Part shown: piece by piece, positions 27,210 to 37,032 of the stretch | Layout: each line of letters begins with the position of its first letter | How positions within the stretch are numbered: the stretch's first letter is position 1 | Source of the DNA: Pontiella sp. | GTDB lineage: Bacteria; Verrucomicrobiota; Kiritimatiellia; Kiritimatiellales; Pontiellaceae | Direction: 5' to 3' | Length of the DNA: 64,000 bases | Assembly: GCA_050290185.1 (NCBI GenBank) | Contig: JBNKHE010000003.1 | Span: 192,001 to 256,000, forward strand | Notes under the pieces: model-generated | The model's database searches: none | What the model saw: the letters and a program-made list of their open reading frames with translations, nothing else | Told to the model about the DNA's origin: nothing | Position numbers and translations under genes: made by a program

Positions 27210-29855
27210 TCAGCGCAGGATCCGGTAGAAGCGGTATCCGTTGGTGGCACCGCCTCCTGAGGTGGCTGTGGTGAAGTCGTCTGTAAAGATGCTTTCGCTG
27301 CCGATGGCCTCCAGCATGCCGTTGCTCAAGAAAGACTTCCAAAGCACATTGTTGCTATCCAGCTGGTCCGTGTATTCGATCCGGTAGGTGTAGCCGGATA
27401 CGGAGTTGAAGGGGAGTCCAATCTTGTTTCCAACCAGCCAGGAAGGCGCCTTCAACGTGAAGTTTTCCGGCCAGAAGGCTTCGGTCATCTGCACGGGCGG
27501 GCACATGTCGTTGTCGACCCAGAGATCGTACATTTCCTGTCCGTTGCTGTCGGTATTGTTTTCGTCGCGCAGGAACTCTATAAATTCCTTGCTGGTGCTT
27601 TGGTAGTAGAGTCGTACGTGGGCACGTACGGCACCTGACGGCATATCGTAGAAGGTTTCGTCCCAGTACTGCCTATCCTCGTAGTGATGGCCTACGGGAG
27701 CACCGCCGAAGGCGTCGAATTCCGCGTTGGTGAAGCCGCGCGGTGGAATGCGGTTATCTTCGTATATCTGATTGTTGAGCACGAAGTGCAGTGATGGGCC
27801 GGCATCCATTCCCAGCGTCGACGCCAGTGCGGGACCGATTCCGGGATGGATCTGGTAGACCGTTGTATTGGTTGCGGTAAGCACGGCGTTGGAATAGTTG
27901 TATCCTCCCAGTTCCTCTATGAGCTGGTCGCTTGCATCGTAGAAGCGGACATTGATCCAGATTCGGCGGCCTTCCGGATAGCCGCTGGGCAGCTTGTGTC
28001 CGGTATCGTTGATCACCAGCACCTTGAGCTGATCGCCCACCTGTTCCGCCTGCATGCGGGCGGCCTTTTGGAGCATGTATTCCGCACGGTACGCACCGTT
28101 CGAGATCGCCGTGGCCTCGGGGCTTCCCGGTGCGTAGGGCGAGTTGGTCAGATCGGGCATCAGCCGCAGTAGCCACGAACTGCCACCGGTCATGTCGTGA
28201 AGAGGAAGATTGGCGCGAAGGGCGACCGGATACAGATTCGTGTTGGCACCATAGCCCGGGATGTCGGGTAGATGGCAATCCTGGCAGGTCGCTACCATGC
28301 CGCCGTTCTTGTTTCCGGCAAACTGCGGGGCAAAGACACCGTTGGTCGTGTTGTAGTCGCTGTGCAGCCATTCACTGTAGGTACGCTCGACCGGCATCAG
28401 CACCTCCGGCGAAAAGTTTGTAGCTGGCGCACCGAAGCTGTTCGCCACATACTCCGCATTGGTTCCGTCGCGTTCGAATGCCGGATTGCTCACATTGTGG
28501 CAGGTGCCGCAAAGCTCCGCCTTCCGGTGGAAGGGGGAATAGAGCGCCGTGTGCGGACTGATGGTATCGTCAAATGGACCGCGGCGGTCGGCATTGGGAT
28601 CGAAAACATACATGCCGTTTCCGTTTTCCGATGCCGGAATATTGGCGAGCGTTGCAAGGATGTCATCGTCTTCGGCCGGAGACACTCCGGCTTCGTAGGC
28701 AGGATCAACCATGCGGTGGCACAGGTCGCACGAAACACCGAACATATCGGCGGCGGTCATTTGGCTGCCATCGGTCGGCGTAGAGCGTCCATCGAGCCAG
28801 CCGCGCGAATTGTGGCACCGCAGGCAAAGATCGCCGGAATCCGGGACATCTTGCTGGGCGATGGACATGTTGGCTTTGAAAATGGGATCGAAGGACGCAT
28901 GAGCCATCATGCTTCCCAGCCAGTTCCGGTAGGGCTCGTTGGTTTCGTCGTATCCACCGTGGCAGTTGGCGCAGCTCGACGGAACGGTTTGGGGTGATCC
29001 GGAATCAACGATGGGCTGGCTTCCGGGTTGGTCAAAATCGCGCAGCGTGGGGTAGGGGAATCCATTGAAGGAATTGATGACAAAAACGGAATCACTCGTG
29101 TCATCCGCATCGTTCAGGGAGGTGTCGATCGCTTCAATTTTTATCAGGGCATTGCTGGTGGGGCGGTTCGGTACGTACCACGTAAACGTGCTGGGTGTGC
29201 TGGAAATGCTTAGGGCGATGGGGGTGAACGTGGCGCCATGGTCGTCCGATACATAGATGTTGATGCTCGATATGCCATGGTCGTCGGTTGCGCTCCAGGA
29301 TATGACCATGGGGGCATCTCCGTCGGTGGTTTCTCCACCGTTGGGACTCAATACACTGACCACCGGATCGGTGGTGTCCGGCCCTCCGGAGGTGGGTGTG
29401 AGATAATCGATAATGTCGGCCTGGTTGACGTTCACGACCTGGGATACATTGGTCCCATTCAAGCCCGGAAAGGTTGGCTTATACGGGTTGATGAGGGAGT
29501 TCATTATCTCATCGATATTTGAGTATCCATCCCCATCGGAATCCAATGATTCGACGGCAATGAATGAAGCAACCTTGTCATTACCATTCGTTTCAAGCTG
29601 TGCGCGGACCGCGAGGCCGTACGGATTCCACGGATCACCGCCTCCTGTAAAATTATAGTGGCACATGCCACAGTGCGGGGTCTTATTGACCCCGGATATG
29701 GCATATACCGTGTCGCTCGAAGAAATATTCGTATAGTGGTCAAAAAAAGTGTCTCTGATTTTGGGGTTCGCTTTGCTTTGAAATTGAACGGCACATAGCA
29801 CGGCAACCATTACGGTCCATGGATAAACTAATTGATACGTGGAATGGGTTTTCAT
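27210..29855 (-). CDS. Secreted multiheme c-type cytochrome (6 CxxCH) with Ig-like domain and PVC-type C-terminal domain
   Basis: CGMCH, CANCH, CLRCH, CDLCH, CGTCH, CQDCH; signal peptide; LSPNGGE Ig-like domain; C-terminal YRIEYTDQL...W...FTD...RFYRI. Confidence 0.85.
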   Translation of the reverse strand: MKTHSTYQLVYPWTVMVAVLCAVQFQSKANPKIRDTFFDHYTNISSSDTVYAISGVNKTPHCGMCHYNFTGGGDPWNPYGLAVRAQLETNGNDKVASFIAVESLDSDGDGYSNIDEIMNSLINPYKPTFPGLNGTNVSQVVNVNQADIIDYLTPTSGGPDTTDPVVSVLSPNGGETTDGDAPMVISWSATDDHGISSINIYVSDDHGATFTPIALSISSTPSTFTWYVPNRPTSNALIKIEAIDTSLNDADDTSDSVFVINSFNGFPYPTLRDFDQPGSQPIVDSGSPQTVPSSCANCHGGYDETNEPYRNWLGSMMAHASFDPIFKANMSIAQQDVPDSGDLCLRCHNSRGWLDGRSTPTDGSQMTAADMFGVSCDLCHRMVDPAYEAGVSPAEDDDILATLANIPASENGNGMYVFDPNADRRGPFDDTISPHTALYSPFHRKAELCGTCHNVSNPAFERDGTNAEYVANSFGAPATNFSPEVLMPVERTYSEWLHSDYNTTNGVFAPQFAGNKNGGMVATCQDCHLPDIPGYGANTNLYPVALRANLPLHDMTGGSSWLLRLMPDLTNSPYAPGSPEATAISNGAYRAEYMLQKAARMQAEQVGDQLKVLVINDTGHKLPSGYPEGRRIWINVRFYDASDQLIEELGGYNYSNAVLTATNTTVYQIHPGIGPALASTLGMDAGPSLHFVLNNQIYEDNRIPPRGFTNAEFDAFGGAPVGHHYEDRQYWDETFYDMPSGAVRAHVRLYYQSTSKEFIEFLRDENNTDSNGQEMYDLWVDNDMCPPVQMTEAFWPENFTLKAPSWLVGNKIGLPFNSVSGYTYRIEYTDQLDSNNVLWKSFLSNGMLEAIGSESIFTDDFTTATSGGGATNGYRFYRILR

Positions 29856-30386
29856 GGATACCCCCTGTCATTTGAGTAGAGGGTACTCCTTAAAACGTAA
29901 ATGAACAGTTTATAAAAGCATGGTGATAAAGTATTAATGTATATGTTCATGCTTTTTGTAACGTATTTGTAAATGCAGATCAAAAAAGAAACGGCTCCTG
30001 GATCGAGGTCTCGTTCGCGGGGGAAAATTATTCGCAAAGTTGCCACGCATGCTTCGGGAATGTTTTCGGAAAGCACATTGCTGATCGATTCCGCCAGCGC
30101 TACCCCAAGCCTCGGGATGGCATTTCCGGCGATGATGACGGCTATAGCCAAGTAGCTTTTAGTCCCCGTGAAATTACATTGTGTCGTTTATGGAAAAATT
30201 AATATTTGTTAATAATTACAAGTACACATGAGTCGTACCCGAGTGGCTTTGATAGGGTAGTATAACTCCTGTTAAGTAGGAGTAATGGATGAAAATACGG
30301 GATGGTTGTGGGCGTTTCCGCTTGAGCAGTGATCGAGGTTGCATTATAGATGGTTCCTTTGTTTTCTAACTGGGAAAGGGGTGTGG

Positions 30387-31169
30387 ATGAACATTGTCGT
30401 ATGCATCAAGCAGGTGCCCGATTCGGACAAGGTCACGATCGATCGCGAGACCAATCGTCTGAACCGGGCAGGGGTTCCGAGTATTATCAATCCGTTCGAC
30501 GAAAATGCGCTCGAAATGGCGCTGCAGCTCAAGGATGCACATGGCGGTAAAGTGACCGTTGTCTCCATGGGGCCGCCGCAAGCCGAGGAGGCGTTGCGCA
30601 CGGCACTTTCGCACGGCGCGGATGAGGCAATCCTTATTTCCGACCGCAAATTTGGCGGAGCCGATACCTGGGCGACGTCCTACACCATCAGCTTGGCCAT
30701 CAAGAAGCTGGAACAGGTTGACCTCGTTCTCTTCGGCAAGCAGGCCATTGACGGCGATACCGCGCAGGTTGGACCGGGTGTGGCGCACTTTCTCGACATT
30801 CCGACACTTACCTATGCCAAAGCGGTCGAAGTGACTGGGGATACGCTCAAAGTCACCAAGGTCACCGAAGATGGCTACGAAGTCTGGGATATCGACAAAC
30901 CCTGTGCGCTCACGGTGGTGAAGGAAGCCAATCAGCTGCGCATGCCGTCGCTGAAGAAAAAAATGGCCGCCAAGAAGGCCGAGATTCCCTGCTGGGGGTT
31001 CGATGAGCTTCAGCCCGACGAAGCCAAAATCGGCCTGGCCGGTTCGCCCACCAAGGTGAGCAAGGTGTTTGCGCCGCCGGTCAAGCTGAACAAGGAAATC
31101 CTCTCCGGCGAACCGGCCGATATGATTATGGAACTGATCCAGAAGCTGAAGGAGCAACACGTACTATGA
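30387..31169 (+). CDS. etfB: Electron transfer flavoprotein beta subunit
   Basis: VCIKQVPD, INPFD, GADTWAT, GKQAIDGDTAQVGP. Confidence 0.95.
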   Translation: MNIVVCIKQVPDSDKVTIDRETNRLNRAGVPSIINPFDENALEMALQLKDAHGGKVTVVSMGPPQAEEALRTALSHGADEAILISDRKFGGADTWATSYTISLAIKKLEQVDLVLFGKQAIDGDTAQVGPGVAHFLDIPTLTYAKAVEVTGDTLKVTKVTEDGYEVWDIDKPCALTVVKEANQLRMPSLKKKMAAKKAEIPCWGFDELQPDEAKIGLAGSPTKVSKVFAPPVKLNKEILSGEPADMIMELIQKLKEQHVL

Positions 31170-32167
31170 GCACGACAAAAGAACTTTGGGTATTTGCAGA
31201 GCAACGCGAAGGCAAGATTGCCGGCGTGGTGCAGGAACTCCTCAGCCAGGGACAGATTCTCGCCGACAAGGCCGGCTTTACCTTGGCCGCCGTGCTGCCT
31301 TCCGCCGCCGGCGCGGCCCTCTGCCAGGAACTCTATAACTTCGGCGCGAAAAAGGTCTATACCATCGACGATCCCAAACTGGCCGATTATCAGAACGACT
31401 ACTATGCCCGCGCGGTAGCCCAGCTGATCAACGAGAAAAAGCCGGAAATCGTCCTCTATGGTGCCACCACCATCGGACGCAGTCTTGCTCCGACTGTTGC
31501 TGTGATGGTTGATGCCGGCCTGACGGCCGATTGCACCGAGCTCGACTTCGATGTTGAAACCGGAAACCTGCTGCAGACGCGCCCGGCCTTCGGTGGGAAT
31601 ATCATGGCCACCATCATCTGCCCGAATCATCGTCCACAGATGGCCACCGTCCGTTCCAACGTCTTTAAGAAAACCAAGCTGTCCGATAACGAAATCGGCG
31701 AGCAGATCCCGTACGTCGTCGATCTTTCAGGGGTGCCGGAGCGCATGCGCCGACTGGAATCGGTTCACGAAGCCGACACGAACAGTATCGATCTCAACGC
31801 CGCGCAGTTCATCGTTTCCGGCGGTCGTGGGGTAGGGAAACCTGAAAACTTCAAGATCATCTACGATCTCGCCGCCGAAATGGGAGCGGCCGTTGGTGCA
31901 TCGCGCGCCACCGTCGATGCCGGTTGGATTTCGCACCACCACCAGGTAGGGCAGACCGGCAAGACCGTATGTCCAGTGGTTTACATTGCCTGCGGCATCT
32001 CCGGGGCTATCCAGCATCTGGCCGGCATGCAGAGTTCCGACATGATCATTGCGATCAACAAGGATCCCGATGCACCGATCTTCGATGTGGCCGACTTTGG
32101 CCTCATTGGCGATCTGCACGAAATCGTGCCGGAATTCCAGAAGCAGATCGCAGCGGCGAAGGCGTAG
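31166..32167 (+). CDS. etfA: Electron transfer flavoprotein alpha subunit
   Basis: [35 protein letters not shown]. Confidence 0.95.
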   Translation: MSTTKELWVFAEQREGKIAGVVQELLSQGQILADKAGFTLAAVLPSAAGAALCQELYNFGAKKVYTIDDPKLADYQNDYYARAVAQLINEKKPEIVLYGATTIGRSLAPTVAVMVDAGLTADCTELDFDVETGNLLQTRPAFGGNIMATIICPNHRPQMATVRSNVFKKTKLSDNEIGEQIPYVVDLSGVPERMRRLESVHEADTNSIDLNAAQFIVSGGRGVGKPENFKIIYDLAAEMGAAVGASRATVDAGWISHHHQVGQTGKTVCPVVYIACGISGAIQHLAGMQSSDMIIAINKDPDAPIFDVADFGLIGDLHEIVPEFQKQIAAAKA

Positions 32168-32266
32168 AGGAATACCTCGGAACGATTGGGTGGAATGGCG
32201 GTTTGAATCGGGGGCGGGAATGGTGTAATCCCTTGACCCATTAAATCAAACCAAAGGAATTGCAGA

Positions 32267-33190
32267 ATGGAAAACGTAGTCATCATTGGAGCCGGTGCCG
32301 CCGGATACACGGCCGCCATCTATTGCGCCCGCGCCAACCTCGCGCCGCTGGTCATCGAAGGAATGCAGCCCGGCGGCCAGCTGACCACCACTACCGACGT
32401 TGAAAACTTTCCCGGGTTTCCGGAAGGAGTCGACGGCACGGTGTTAATGGACAAGTTCAAGGCCCAGGCCGAGCGCTTCGGGGCCAAGTTCCTGCAGTAC
32501 GATGCGGTGGCGAAAGCCGATTTTTCCACCCGCCCGTTCAAGCTGGAGATGATGGCCGGCGATCCCATCGAAGCCAAGACCGTGATCATTGCCACGGGTG
32601 CGACAGCCAAGTATCTGGGGCTCGAATCCGAGCAAAAATTCATGGGTCGTGGTGTTTCGGCCTGCGCCACCTGCGACGGTGCATTCTATAAGAATGTGCC
32701 CATTGTGGTGGTGGGTGGCGGTGATACCGCCTGTGAGGAAGCAATCTTCCTGACCCGCTTTGCTTCGAAGGTCACGCTGGTGCATCGTCGCGATGAACTG
32801 CGCGCATCCAAGATCATGGCCGAACGCACCATGAATAACCACAAGATCGAGATCGCGTGGAATTCCGTGGTGGAAGAAATTGTCGGTGATGACTCGGGGG
32901 TTACCGGGGTTCGTCTCAAGAATGTCAAGACGGACGAAATTACGGAGGTTCCGGCTTCCGGCTATTTTTCCGCCATCGGTCACAAGCCGAATACCGATCC
33001 GTTTGTCGGCCAATTGGATATGGATGATGTCGGTTATTTACTCACCGATGGGGTTAAGACGAAGGTCGAGGGCGTATATGCGGCAGGGGATGTGGCCGAT
33101 GCCATTTACCGTCAGGCGATCACGGCTGCCGGGACCGGATGCGCTGCTGCGCTCGAAGCCGAACGCTTCCTTGAAGCACAGGGCGATTGA
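32267..33190 (+). CDS. trxB: Thioredoxin-disulfide reductase
   Basis: [37 protein letters not shown]. Confidence 0.95.
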   Translation: MENVVIIGAGAAGYTAAIYCARANLAPLVIEGMQPGGQLTTTTDVENFPGFPEGVDGTVLMDKFKAQAERFGAKFLQYDAVAKADFSTRPFKLEMMAGDPIEAKTVIIATGATAKYLGLESEQKFMGRGVSACATCDGAFYKNVPIVVVGGGDTACEEAIFLTRFASKVTLVHRRDELRASKIMAERTMNNHKIEIAWNSVVEEIVGDDSGVTGVRLKNVKTDEITEVPASGYFSAIGHKPNTDPFVGQLDMDDVGYLLTDGVKTKVEGVYAAGDVADAIYRQAITAAGTGCAAALEAERFLEAQGD

Positions 33191-33201
33191 TAGGGGATTT
33201 T

Positions 33202-33252
33202 GATTTTAGATTGCCGATGTACGGATCTGTGACAGATCGGCAATCTAAAATC
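33202..33252. repeat. Intergenic 17-bp perfect inverted repeat with 7-nt periodicity
   Basis: GATTTTAGATTGCCGAT / ATCGGCAATCTAAAATC. Confidence 0.8.
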
Positions 33253-33293
33253 GGCAGTGGGAATGGGTGTTAACTAACTAAGGAGAAGCAGTG

Positions 33294-34457
33294 ATGGGCA
33301 ATATCAACTGGGGAATTACCGAAGACCAAATGGAAATCGTCAACCTGATCGACGATTTCGGCAAGGAGCGCATAGTTCCGGTTCGCGCGGAACTCGACGA
33401 AAAGGGAATATTCCCAGCTGATCTGCTCCGGGAACTGGCGCAGATGGACCTGATGGGGCTGTATATTCCGGAAGAGTACGGCGGCTTCGGTGCCGACCAG
33501 CTCGGATTCTGTCTCGCGGTTGAAACCATGTCGAAATACTGCATCGGAGTCTCCGTCTCCTTTGCGGCCAACGCCCTTGGGGCTGACCCGATCATCATCG
33601 GTGGTTCCGATGAGCAGAAGAAGAAATATCTCTCTCCGCTGGCCTCCGGCGAAAAGTGGGCCGCTTTCGGTCTGACCGAGGCCAACGCCGGTTCCGATGC
33701 GGGCGGCATTCAAACCACCGCAGTGAAAAAGGGCGACAAGTATGTCCTGAACGGCACGAAGCAATGGATCACCAATGGCGGGGAAGCCGATATCTACACC
33801 GTGTTTGCCGTCACCAACAAGGCCAAGGGCGCCCGCGGCGTTTCCTGCTTCATTGTCGAAAAGGACACCCCCGGCTTCAGCTTCGGAAAGAAGGAAGACA
33901 AGCTTGGAATCCGCGCTTCCGCCACCCGCGAGCTGGTTTTCGAGGACTGCGAAGTTCCCGCTGAAAACCTGATCGGTCGCGAAGGTATGGGCTTCCTGCT
34001 GGCCATGAAAACGTTCGACGTCTCCCGTCCGGGCATTGCCGCCCAGGGTGTTGGTCTGGCGCAGGGCGCACTTGATGAAGCGGTCAAGTATGCCAAGGTG
34101 CGCAAGCAGTTCAGCAAGCCGATCATCGCCAACCAGGGGTTGCTGTGGATGCTCTCCGAAATGTCCACCAAGGTGGAAACCGCGCGCGCGATCACCTACG
34201 CTGCCTGCCGCACACTTGATGCCGGCGTGAAGGATGTCTCCAAGATTTCCGCCATGTGCAAATACTATGCGGGTGACGTCGCCATGTCCGTCACCACCGA
34301 CGCCGTCCAGGTGCTGGGCGGCTACGGATTTATGAAGGAGTATCCGGTCGAAAAGATGATGCGCGATGCCAAGATCCTTCAGATCTATGAAGGCACCAAT
34401 CAGATCCAGCGCGATATCGTCGGCAATGCCCTTGTAAAGGAATACGCCTCGCTGTAG
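33294..34457 (+). CDS. Acyl-CoA dehydrogenase (butyryl-CoA dehydrogenase-like)
   Basis: FGLTEANAGSDA, NGTKQWITNG, KLGIRAS, RDAKILQIYEGTNQIQR. Confidence 0.92.
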   Translation: MGNINWGITEDQMEIVNLIDDFGKERIVPVRAELDEKGIFPADLLRELAQMDLMGLYIPEEYGGFGADQLGFCLAVETMSKYCIGVSVSFAANALGADPIIIGGSDEQKKKYLSPLASGEKWAAFGLTEANAGSDAGGIQTTAVKKGDKYVLNGTKQWITNGGEADIYTVFAVTNKAKGARGVSCFIVEKDTPGFSFGKKEDKLGIRASATRELVFEDCEVPAENLIGREGMGFLLAMKTFDVSRPGIAAQGVGLAQGALDEAVKYAKVRKQFSKPIIANQGLLWMLSEMSTKVETARAITYAACRTLDAGVKDVSKISAMCKYYAGDVAMSVTTDAVQVLGGYGFMKEYPVEKMMRDAKILQIYEGTNQIQRDIVGNALVKEYASL

Positions 34458-34462
34458 CGCAT

Positions 34463-34510
34463 ATGGAGGGGCAACGTCCCGTTGCCCTTGGATTGCAAGC
34501 GTCCCTCCAT
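34463..34510. repeat. REP-like (GGAG-type) palindromic element
   Basis: GGAG-GGGCAACG-TCC-CGTTGCCC enclosed by ATGGAGGG/CCCTCCAT. Confidence 0.5.
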
Positions 34511-34512
34511 CG

Positions 34513-34541
34513 AACCCCGTCGCAACCCGGCGGGGTTTTTT
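34513..34541 (+). terminator. Intrinsic terminator after the acyl-CoA dehydrogenase gene
   Basis: AACCCCGTCG-CAAC-CCGGCGGGGTTTTTT. Confidence 0.75.
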
Positions 34542-34614
34542 GCTGGAAAGGTGTTTCGATTGGGAGGATTATGTACACAAAGTCATCCGGCTTTTCCTGC
34601 AAGAATGGCTGCCC

Positions 34615-36330
34615 ATGCCGGATTTCAACAACGGGGATGTACAGACGGTGAAAAGTAGATGTGGAAGACGTAGATTAATCGGATCTGTGAGCCTTATGCT
34701 GCTGGTGGGTTTTCTTTCAAGTTCGCTGGTCAGCTACTATCTTGCGCGAGCTTCGGTTCGCGAGCAAATTGTCACCAATGCGTTGCCGCTGACGAGCGAC
34801 AATATCTATTCCGAAATCCAACGCGATCTGATCCGTCCGATCTTCATCTCCTCCCTGATGGCCCGGGATACCTTTGTCCGGGACTGGATCATCGATGGGG
34901 AACAACATGTCGACAAAATCACTAAATACCTGCAGGAAATAAAAGCCTCCTACCACACGTTCACCTGTTTCCTGGTCTCCGATGCGACGCTCAACTACTA
35001 CTACTTCGATGGCGTGTTGAAGAAGGTGGATCCAGGAACTGACCTGGACAAGTGGTATTTCCGCGTCCGCGCGATGGAGGATCCCTACGAAATCAACGTG
35101 GACCCGGACATGGCCAACAAAAATACCATGACTATCTTCATCAACTACAAGGTGCTCGATTACGACGGACGGTTTCTCGGCGCAACCGGCGTCGGGCTCA
35201 AGGTCGGTTCCTTGATTGATTTGATGAGGCACTACAGCCAGAAATACAACCGGAGCATCTATCTGACCGAGCCTGACGGGAAAATCATCCTTTCCAGTGG
35301 CGGTGCTTGCACGGATATCTCCGGCATCGGGGGCATGGAGCCGATCCGAAACGCCGTACTTGCGAAGGAGGGAGGTTCGTTCGAATACGACCGCGACGGC
35401 CGGAAGGTTTTTGTGAACAGTCGATACATCGACGAATTGCATTGGCATTTGCTGGTGGAGGAAGTGGAAGGACAGGGCAACAAGCGGCTATCCCATGCGC
35501 TCATCCTGAACCTTTTCATTTGCGGCATCATCACGACCGCCGTAATCCTTATGGTGGGCTTTTCAATCGCCGCCTACGAGCGGGTTCGGCAACGGCAGCA
35601 AACCCAAATCGTCGAGCAACGCAACCAACTGGAGCAAGCCAACCATCGGAAGAGTCAACTGCTCCACATCCTTTGCCACGACCTCTCCAATCCGTTCGGT
35701 GTTTTGATCTCTTCGCTGGGTTCCCGGGACGGTGATCCCGGTTTGCTTGACGAGATGATGGAGGAAATCACCCGGTCGCTCGAAAACGGGATGGGCACGA
35801 TCGAACTCGTTCGGAAAATGCGGGCCATGGAGGAGGGGAAGATCGATCTTCCTCTGGCCTCCTTGCCGCTCAGGCCGATGGTCGAGGAATCCGCCTCCAT
35901 GCTGAAGAGCCGCTTGCAGGACAAGGGTATTTCGCTCGAGATCGATATTGACGACGAGATTTCAGTTTGGGTGGAGAAGGTTTCCTTCATCAACTCACTG
36001 CTGAACAATCTACTGACCAACGCCATCAAGTTTTCCCCCCAGAATTCCATTGTGCAGGTCAAGGCCCGGAAGACGGACGACGACCTGGTGGAATTTTCCG
36101 TGGTGGATCATGGTGTTGGAATGCCGGAAGAGATTCGGAATGCCCTTTTCGACCTCAAGTCGACGACGACCCGCAGCGGCACGGATGGCGAAGCGGGAAC
36201 GGGCTTCGGCATGCCCCTGGTTGAAATGTTTGTCAAGATCTACGGCGGCTCGATCAAGGTGGACTCGAAAGATATCGAGCTTTTTCCCGATGACCATGGC
36301 ACCAAGGTGCTGATCATGCTGAAGTCGTGA
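34615..36330 (+). CDS. Membrane sensor histidine kinase with Cache-like periplasmic domain
   Basis: Two TM helices, HDLSNP H-box, NLLTNAIKF, DHGVG, GTGFG; start uncertain. Confidence 0.88.
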   Translation: MPDFNNGDVQTVKSRCGRRRLIGSVSLMLLVGFLSSSLVSYYLARASVREQIVTNALPLTSDNIYSEIQRDLIRPIFISSLMARDTFVRDWIIDGEQHVDKITKYLQEIKASYHTFTCFLVSDATLNYYYFDGVLKKVDPGTDLDKWYFRVRAMEDPYEINVDPDMANKNTMTIFINYKVLDYDGRFLGATGVGLKVGSLIDLMRHYSQKYNRSIYLTEPDGKIILSSGGACTDISGIGGMEPIRNAVLAKEGGSFEYDRDGRKVFVNSRYIDELHWHLLVEEVEGQGNKRLSHALILNLFICGIITTAVILMVGFSIAAYERVRQRQQTQIVEQRNQLEQANHRKSQLLHILCHDLSNPFGVLISSLGSRDGDPGLLDEMMEEITRSLENGMGTIELVRKMRAMEEGKIDLPLASLPLRPMVEESASMLKSRLQDKGISLEIDIDDEISVWVEKVSFINSLLNNLLTNAIKFSPQNSIVQVKARKTDDDLVEFSVVDHGVGMPEEIRNALFDLKSTTTRSGTDGEAGTGFGMPLVEMFVKIYGGSIKVDSKDIELFPDDHGTKVLIMLKS

Positions 36331-36641
36331 GGAGGCCTTGGTTCCGTCTTGGTTTTGTTGCGGTGGCCGACCAGAACCGGTACTGCCTCGACGAGCCCGA
36401 ACCCGTCATTATATTCAAGGGCTTCGGCGATGCTGCGTTGGAGATCCTGTTTGCGCCATGGTTTGCCAAAACGGACTACATCGCCCTATGCAACAGCCTG
36501 CTGATCGAGGTTAAACGCCGTTTTGATGAAGAGGGCATCGAAATTCCGTTCCCGCACTGCACACTCTACACCGGCGCCGTCACCGAGCCTTTCCCTATCA
36601 AGCTGGTTCCCTCCGACGTTGTACCGCCGGTTTCCGGGTGA
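36327..36641 (+). pseudogene. C-terminal fragment of a small-conductance mechanosensitive channel (MscS family)
   Basis: EPEPVIIFKGFGDAALE...KRRFDEEGIEIPFP; no TM domain or credible start. Confidence 0.65.
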
Positions 36642-36654
36642 CGGTTACTGTCCT

Positions 36655-36724
36655 CGCAGAGGCGCAGCGCGCGCGGAGAAGGAACTATCCAGAAAGTTTC
36701 CTTTGCGAACTCTGCGTCTCTGCG
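36655..36724. repeat. Intergenic CGCAGAG/CTCTGCG palindromic repeat
   Basis: CGCAGAGGCGCAG ... CTGCGTCTCTGCG. Confidence 0.6.
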
Positions 36725-36746
36725 CGGGATTTCCTGTCACATAAGG

Positions 36747-36880
36747 AAAAAAGCCCCGGTGCGCTACCGGGGCCGCTGGGCATCACGAGCTGTATGATTA
36801 AATATTTGCCTGTCGACCGCGAATCAACACGGCCTGAACATGGCAACTTCCTAGCGGTTTGTATCTCCGTGTCGCCAGCT
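36747..36880 (-). ncRNA. Candidate small RNA (rod with central bubble plus its own terminator)
   Basis: Minus-strand terminator GCCCCGGT-AGCGC-ACCGGGGC-TTTTTT with no credible minus-strand gene upstream; closing stem GCTGG/CCAGC and apical stem with G-U pairs on the minus strand. Confidence 0.5.
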
Positions 36881-37032
36881 ATGTATATAGACACCCTTAC
36901 GGTGCAATTGTTCCAAAATATAATGTGAAACCTCCCTTATCCTATTTTCCTAAAAAATCCCCCTTCTAGCTTGGTTCGGATTAAGGGGGTGGGGTATGTT
37001 TCCTCACTTTCTTAAGGAACAGGTGAATCACC

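Noticed and set aside
30219..30234. Rex-like operator TTGTTAATAATTACAA near the etfB promoter (position approximate, ~30208-30223)
   Set aside because: Spacing is 2 nt shorter than the Rex consensus and the region is AT-rich, so a chance match is likely
36841..36856. TGGCAACTTCCTAGC as a sigma-54 promoter for cimA
   Set aside because: Poor -12 element, ~180 nt from the start, and it coincides with a stem of the candidate sRNA
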